Assembly: GCA_947487355.1 (NCBI GenBank)
Contig: CANKXC010000001.1
Location: 1-42,515 of the forward strand
DNA length: 42,515 nucleotides
DNA from: Comamonadaceae bacterium
GTDB lineage: Bacteria > Pseudomonadota > Gammaproteobacteria > Burkholderiales > Burkholderiaceae_C
Reading direction: 5' to 3'
In this document: positions 39,346 to 42,515 of the stretch, one piece after another
Numbering within the stretch: the stretch's first letter is position 1
Layout: each line of letters opens with the position of its first letter
Notes under the pieces: model-generated
The model's input: the letters and a program-made list of their open reading frames with translations, nothing else
What the model was told of the DNA's origin: nothing
Databases searched by the model: none
Made by a program: the position numbers and the translations under genes

Positions 39346-39366
39346 ATTTTATGACCGATCAGTTCA
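39346..39366 (-). promoter_or_regulatory. Putative TetR operator abutting a -10 element (TGAACTGATCGGTCA-TAAAAT) in the phoD/tetR divergent region
   Basis: 17/21 identical to 6852-6872; also overlaps the expected -35 region of the tetR promoter (TGcTAAAAT at 39382-39390). Confidence 0.55.
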
Positions 39367-39396
39367 AATGTTTGGATCGCTTGCTAAAATGATTCG

Positions 39397-40065
39397 ATGA
39401 CAGCCCTCAAAGAACTCCCAAAGAAATCCTTCAAAACACAAATGCTGGAAGCCAGGGAGTTGGCCATCACAGCGTCCGTGAACCGATTGCTTTCAGAAAA
39501 GGGCTTTGACGCCATGACAGTGGACGAGGTAGCGGCAGAGGTGGGCATAGCCAAAGCCAGCTTGTACAAGCACTTCAACAGCAAGGAAGAGCTGGCATGT
39601 GCCGCCATGGTTCAGGCCATGCAAAAGGCACAAGCTTTTTTAGAAAACCTCGACCAACAAACAGGCGCTGACTTGTCTCAAGCGACGCCCAACGCAAGCA
39701 GCAGCCTGGCACTGAACAAGCTCATGGCCACCACGCGTTGGACACTGGAATTAAAACTGGCAGGCCAAATGCCCACACTGCCTAGCCAGAACTCAAGTTT
39801 GAGAGCCACCTTGATGGCCAGCCGGCCTTACATGGATGGCTTGATGCAGGTCAGTGAGTTGTTGGGCGCATGGATTGTTCAAGCGCAACAAGATGGCCAT
39901 CTCAATCCCGCTCTGCCGCCCATCGCAATTTTGTACACCTTGTTTGCCAGGGCCTGCGACCCAGTGGTTGAGTTTTTAAAAATGAGCGCGCTGCATTCGG
40001 ATGACGAAATCATTGAGATGGTGATGACCACTTGCTTTGCAGGACTCAATGCGCGGCAAAATTGA
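39397..40065 (+). CDS. TetR/AcrR family transcriptional regulator
   Basis: KGFDAMTVDEVAAEVGIAKASLYKHFNSKEEL HTH; three Cys beyond the HTH. Confidence 0.94.
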   Translation: MTALKELPKKSFKTQMLEARELAITASVNRLLSEKGFDAMTVDEVAAEVGIAKASLYKHFNSKEELACAAMVQAMQKAQAFLENLDQQTGADLSQATPNASSSLALNKLMATTRWTLELKLAGQMPTLPSQNSSLRATLMASRPYMDGLMQVSELLGAWIVQAQQDGHLNPALPPIAILYTLFARACDPVVEFLKMSALHSDDEIIEMVMTTCFAGLNARQN

Positions 40066-40074
40066 AGCTGCGTT

Positions 40075-40902
40075 TTAGACTTCTATTCGCACTATTTTTT
40101 GCGGGTCAAAGGCCTGCTGCTCATTTTTTTTTGCATAACCCAAGGGGTTTGCAATCACCCGACAACCTTGGCTGACGTAGTCATGCGCACAATGCAAATG
40201 ACCATGCAGCCAGTGCGTGGCGTATGGCAATAAATGATCGAGTGAATTGCAAAATCCAGCAGTGCCAGGGGTGAGGCCGTAACGCGGATCAGCACTTAAA
40301 AGACTGGGCGCAAAATGAGTGATGACCACCGTGGGTCCTTCAAAGGGCTCGGCCAAGGCTTGCGTCAACCAGGCTTGATCGGCCTCAGCTTGAGCCCGAA
40401 CTGCGCCCGATAAAAATGGCACGCCCTCAAAAGTTGTGCCCGTCTTTCGCAAATAAAAGTCTGCAGCACGCTCGGCCTTTTCTCTGGCTTTGAGCTGTTG
40501 CGTCAACGCGCCTTTGGCTGGCACCAAGGCTTCAAAATCGCTCCACAGCGTGCAGCCAACCAGACGCACACCACGAAAAACTTCTACGCGTTGGTGCAAG
40601 AAAATAATTTCTAAACGTTCGCATGTGGCCTTCAATCTTTCATGCGCAACTTCATAGGGCATACCGTCATATTCATGATTGCCCGGTACAAAATAAACAG
40701 GGACTGGCCATGCACCCAAATCTTTGCGGGGTGAGAAGCGCGACAAGCCAAAGTTTTCGTCCTGTCGGTTGAACAACATTGACCCTTCTTGATAAGACCC
40801 AATGTCACCCGCCAAAATCAGCACATCGGCCAAGGGCGCAACTTGAGGGATGAAGTTTGGATGAGTCTCCAAGTGCAAATCAGAAAGCAGTTGAATGTTC
40901 AT
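40075..40902 (-). CDS. Calcineurin-like metallophosphoesterase
   Basis: SDLHLE, LAGDIG, PGNHEYD, THFAP, HGHLH, NPLGY; the ATG at 40902 overlaps the LysR stop. Confidence 0.9.
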   Translation of the reverse strand: MNIQLLSDLHLETHPNFIPQVAPLADVLILAGDIGSYQEGSMLFNRQDENFGLSRFSPRKDLGAWPVPVYFVPGNHEYDGMPYEVAHERLKATCERLEIIFLHQRVEVFRGVRLVGCTLWSDFEALVPAKGALTQQLKAREKAERAADFYLRKTGTTFEGVPFLSGAVRAQAEADQAWLTQALAEPFEGPTVVITHFAPSLLSADPRYGLTPGTAGFCNSLDHLLPYATHWLHGHLHCAHDYVSQGCRVIANPLGYAKKNEQQAFDPQKIVRIEV

Positions 40903-41876
40903 GAGAGGCGCGCACCTTTGAAGACGTCGTGCGCAATGCCGATCAAAATCTCGCGCAACCAAACATGATCGCTTTGACTGTGTTTGCGCCGATGCCACAA
41001 GGCATCGACATGCAAGGTGGGCACCTTGAAAGGCAGATCGCACATAAACAGCTCACTTGAAATACCTGTGGTGGGCACAAAGTGTTTAGGTAACACCGTT
41101 AACAAGTCTGAATTCACCACCACGCGGCCCGCTGTAAAAAACTGATTCACGGTCATGACCACTCGTCGGTGCCTGCCGATCGAGGTCAAGGCTTCGTCAA
41201 TGAAACCATAAGGGCGCCCAGAAAAGCTGACGAGCAAATGCCGCGCGTTGCAAAACTCATCTAACGAAATATTTTTCTGCGCCAATGGATGACCGCGTCG
41301 CATGACACACACATACTCACCGTCGTACAAGCGGTGGTGCTCATACGCGACCGCTTCGCCAGATTGAGCCTTGGCAGTCAAGTCGGCCAACACGGCAGGA
41401 AAGTAGCCCAAAGCCAGATCGGCCACGCCCTCATTGAGCATGCTTCTAGGATCGCGCCTGGTCAGCGGCAGCACCCGAATCGACACCTTGGGCGCATGGT
41501 GTTCTAGCGCTTGCCCCAATCCGCCCATGAGTTCTGCTGCCGTGGCGTCCGCCATGGCCAAGACAAAGGCGTTGCGGGACTCTGCAGGTGTGAATTGCTG
41601 CGGTACTAAGGCCGATTGCAATTGATCCAATGCTTGGCGCACATGAGGCCAGAGCGTTAAAGCAAACGGGGTTGGGGCAATGCCGTGGCCATCGCGTCGA
41701 ACCAAATCATCGCCCAGGGTTTCGCGCAGTCGGCGCAATGAATTGCTGACGGCAGGCTGCGTGATAGACAAGTTGCGCGCAGCCTTGGTCAGGCTTCTTT
41801 CAGCCATGACTTCGTCAAAGACCCGAAGCAAGTTCAGATCTAAGGTTCGGAAATTGGTATGGACGGGCTCAATCAT
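40899..41876 (-). CDS. LysR family transcriptional regulator (NodD/LeuO-like)
   Basis: LDLNLLRVF..VM.ERSLTKAA..L.ITQPAVSN.LRRLR HTH plus a substrate-binding domain. Confidence 0.94.
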   Translation of the reverse strand: MIEPVHTNFRTLDLNLLRVFDEVMAERSLTKAARNLSITQPAVSNSLRRLRETLGDDLVRRDGHGIAPTPFALTLWPHVRQALDQLQSALVPQQFTPAESRNAFVLAMADATAAELMGGLGQALEHHAPKVSIRVLPLTRRDPRSMLNEGVADLALGYFPAVLADLTAKAQSGEAVAYEHHRLYDGEYVCVMRRGHPLAQKNISLDEFCNARHLLVSFSGRPYGFIDEALTSIGRHRRVVMTVNQFFTAGRVVVNSDLLTVLPKHFVPTTGISSELFMCDLPFKVPTLHVDALWHRRKHSQSDHVWLREILIGIAHDVFKGARLS

Positions 41877-42018
41877 TTCAGTGGTGAATGATAAGCATCA
41901 TGAATATAAAGTTGAACAACACTAGAGTAAACCCTAATATTCGGTCATGGTCAAGCAACAAGTGGTTTTTCACTTGAACAAAGTCGCTTGAGCCCAGTCA
42001 CATGAAGAGGAAGTCAAC

Positions 42019-42513
42019 ATGAACCGCAATTTTGTCCACGTCGAATATTCAACCAGCCACCCAGGCATCGAGCGCGCAGAACAGGCCGTGGCCAACCTCA
42101 AGCGCATGGGTGAGTCATTCAGCCCCACCCGCACTTTGGCTGCCATGTTGTTGGCGGCCGTGGTTGCAGCATTTGTGGTGGTTGCCGATCAAATGATTGA
42201 CACATGGGCCGATGGCCATCTGTTGGCCGCATGGGTAACCTTGTGGGCGGTGGCATTTGCAGCAGCGGGTTTGTTTGCTGGCACTTCAAAAAAGCTGGCT
42301 TCACAAATCAAAAATGGCTTGGACGCTTGGTCTGCCAAGCTTGCTCAAAATCGTGCCGATGATCGCATGTGGGCCATGGCTCAAACCGACACACGTTTGA
42401 TGGCCGATTTGCACTCCGCCATAGGCCGCAATGACGAACTGACAGCGCAAACCAAGAACCCAACCCAGCGCCGTGTTTCACGCATCTTGCGTGACCGTCA
42501 ATACTACATTTGA
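42019..42513 (+). CDS. Hypothetical membrane protein (two TM helices), divergent from LysR
   Basis: Strong SD GAGGAAG; two hydrophobic helices; complete ORF ending TGA at 42513. Confidence 0.8.
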   Translation: MNRNFVHVEYSTSHPGIERAEQAVANLKRMGESFSPTRTLAAMLLAAVVAAFVVVADQMIDTWADGHLLAAWVTLWAVAFAAAGLFAGTSKKLASQIKNGLDAWSAKLAQNRADDRMWAMAQTDTRLMADLHSAIGRNDELTAQTKNPTQRRVSRILRDRQYYI

Positions 42514-42515
42514 TT

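Noticed and set aside
42474-42489. Fourth parS (TGTTTCACG...)
   Set aside because: Half-site only; the right arm does not match.
1-42515. CRISPR array, IS/prophage, defence island, rRNA/tRNA
   Set aside because: No spaced repeats, transposase, integrase or phage proteins, or structural RNA signatures were seen; intergenic gaps are short and composition looks uniform apart from oriC.

Overview
Chromosomal, roughly 50% GC, gene-dense segment of a Comamonadaceae-type betaproteobacterium (Limnohabitans-like by inference from gene content, not verified). It appears to span the replication origin. A 252-bp AT-rich gap (21433-21684) holds an unwinding element, TAG-repeat DnaA-trios, DnaA boxes and an IHF-like site. 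About 5.5 kb to the right lies mnmG-rsmG-lysE-parA-(YdeN hydrolase)-parB, with three parS palindromes inside coding sequence. No dnaA gene is in the window. The left end is a tightly coupled minus-strand operon (gpx, FAD oxidoreductase, DUF1365, cfa-like methylase, chalcone-isomerase-like, MFS, DUF3833 lipoprotein, SDR) resembling the furan-fatty-acid/singlet-oxygen defence genes of Rhodobacter. Other genes are glnE, yhdP, a PAS kinase/FixJ-type pair, mltA, fused IorAB, Spy/CpxP, pirin, hemerythrin, an OYE, a D-lactate dehydrogenase-like oxidase, pduO, acetoacetate-CoA ligase, an actinobacterial-type dapD, phoD, TetR, a metallophosphoesterase and LysR. The best candidate for something undescribed is a 21-bp operator/-10 element (17/21 identical) shared by the gpx-lipid operon promoter and the phoD/tetR divergent promoter 32.5 kb away. 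This suggests that a Cys-containing TetR controls a photo-oxidative lipid-defence regulon in place of RpoE-ChrR. No mobile elements, CRISPR arrays, rRNA or tRNA genes were seen.
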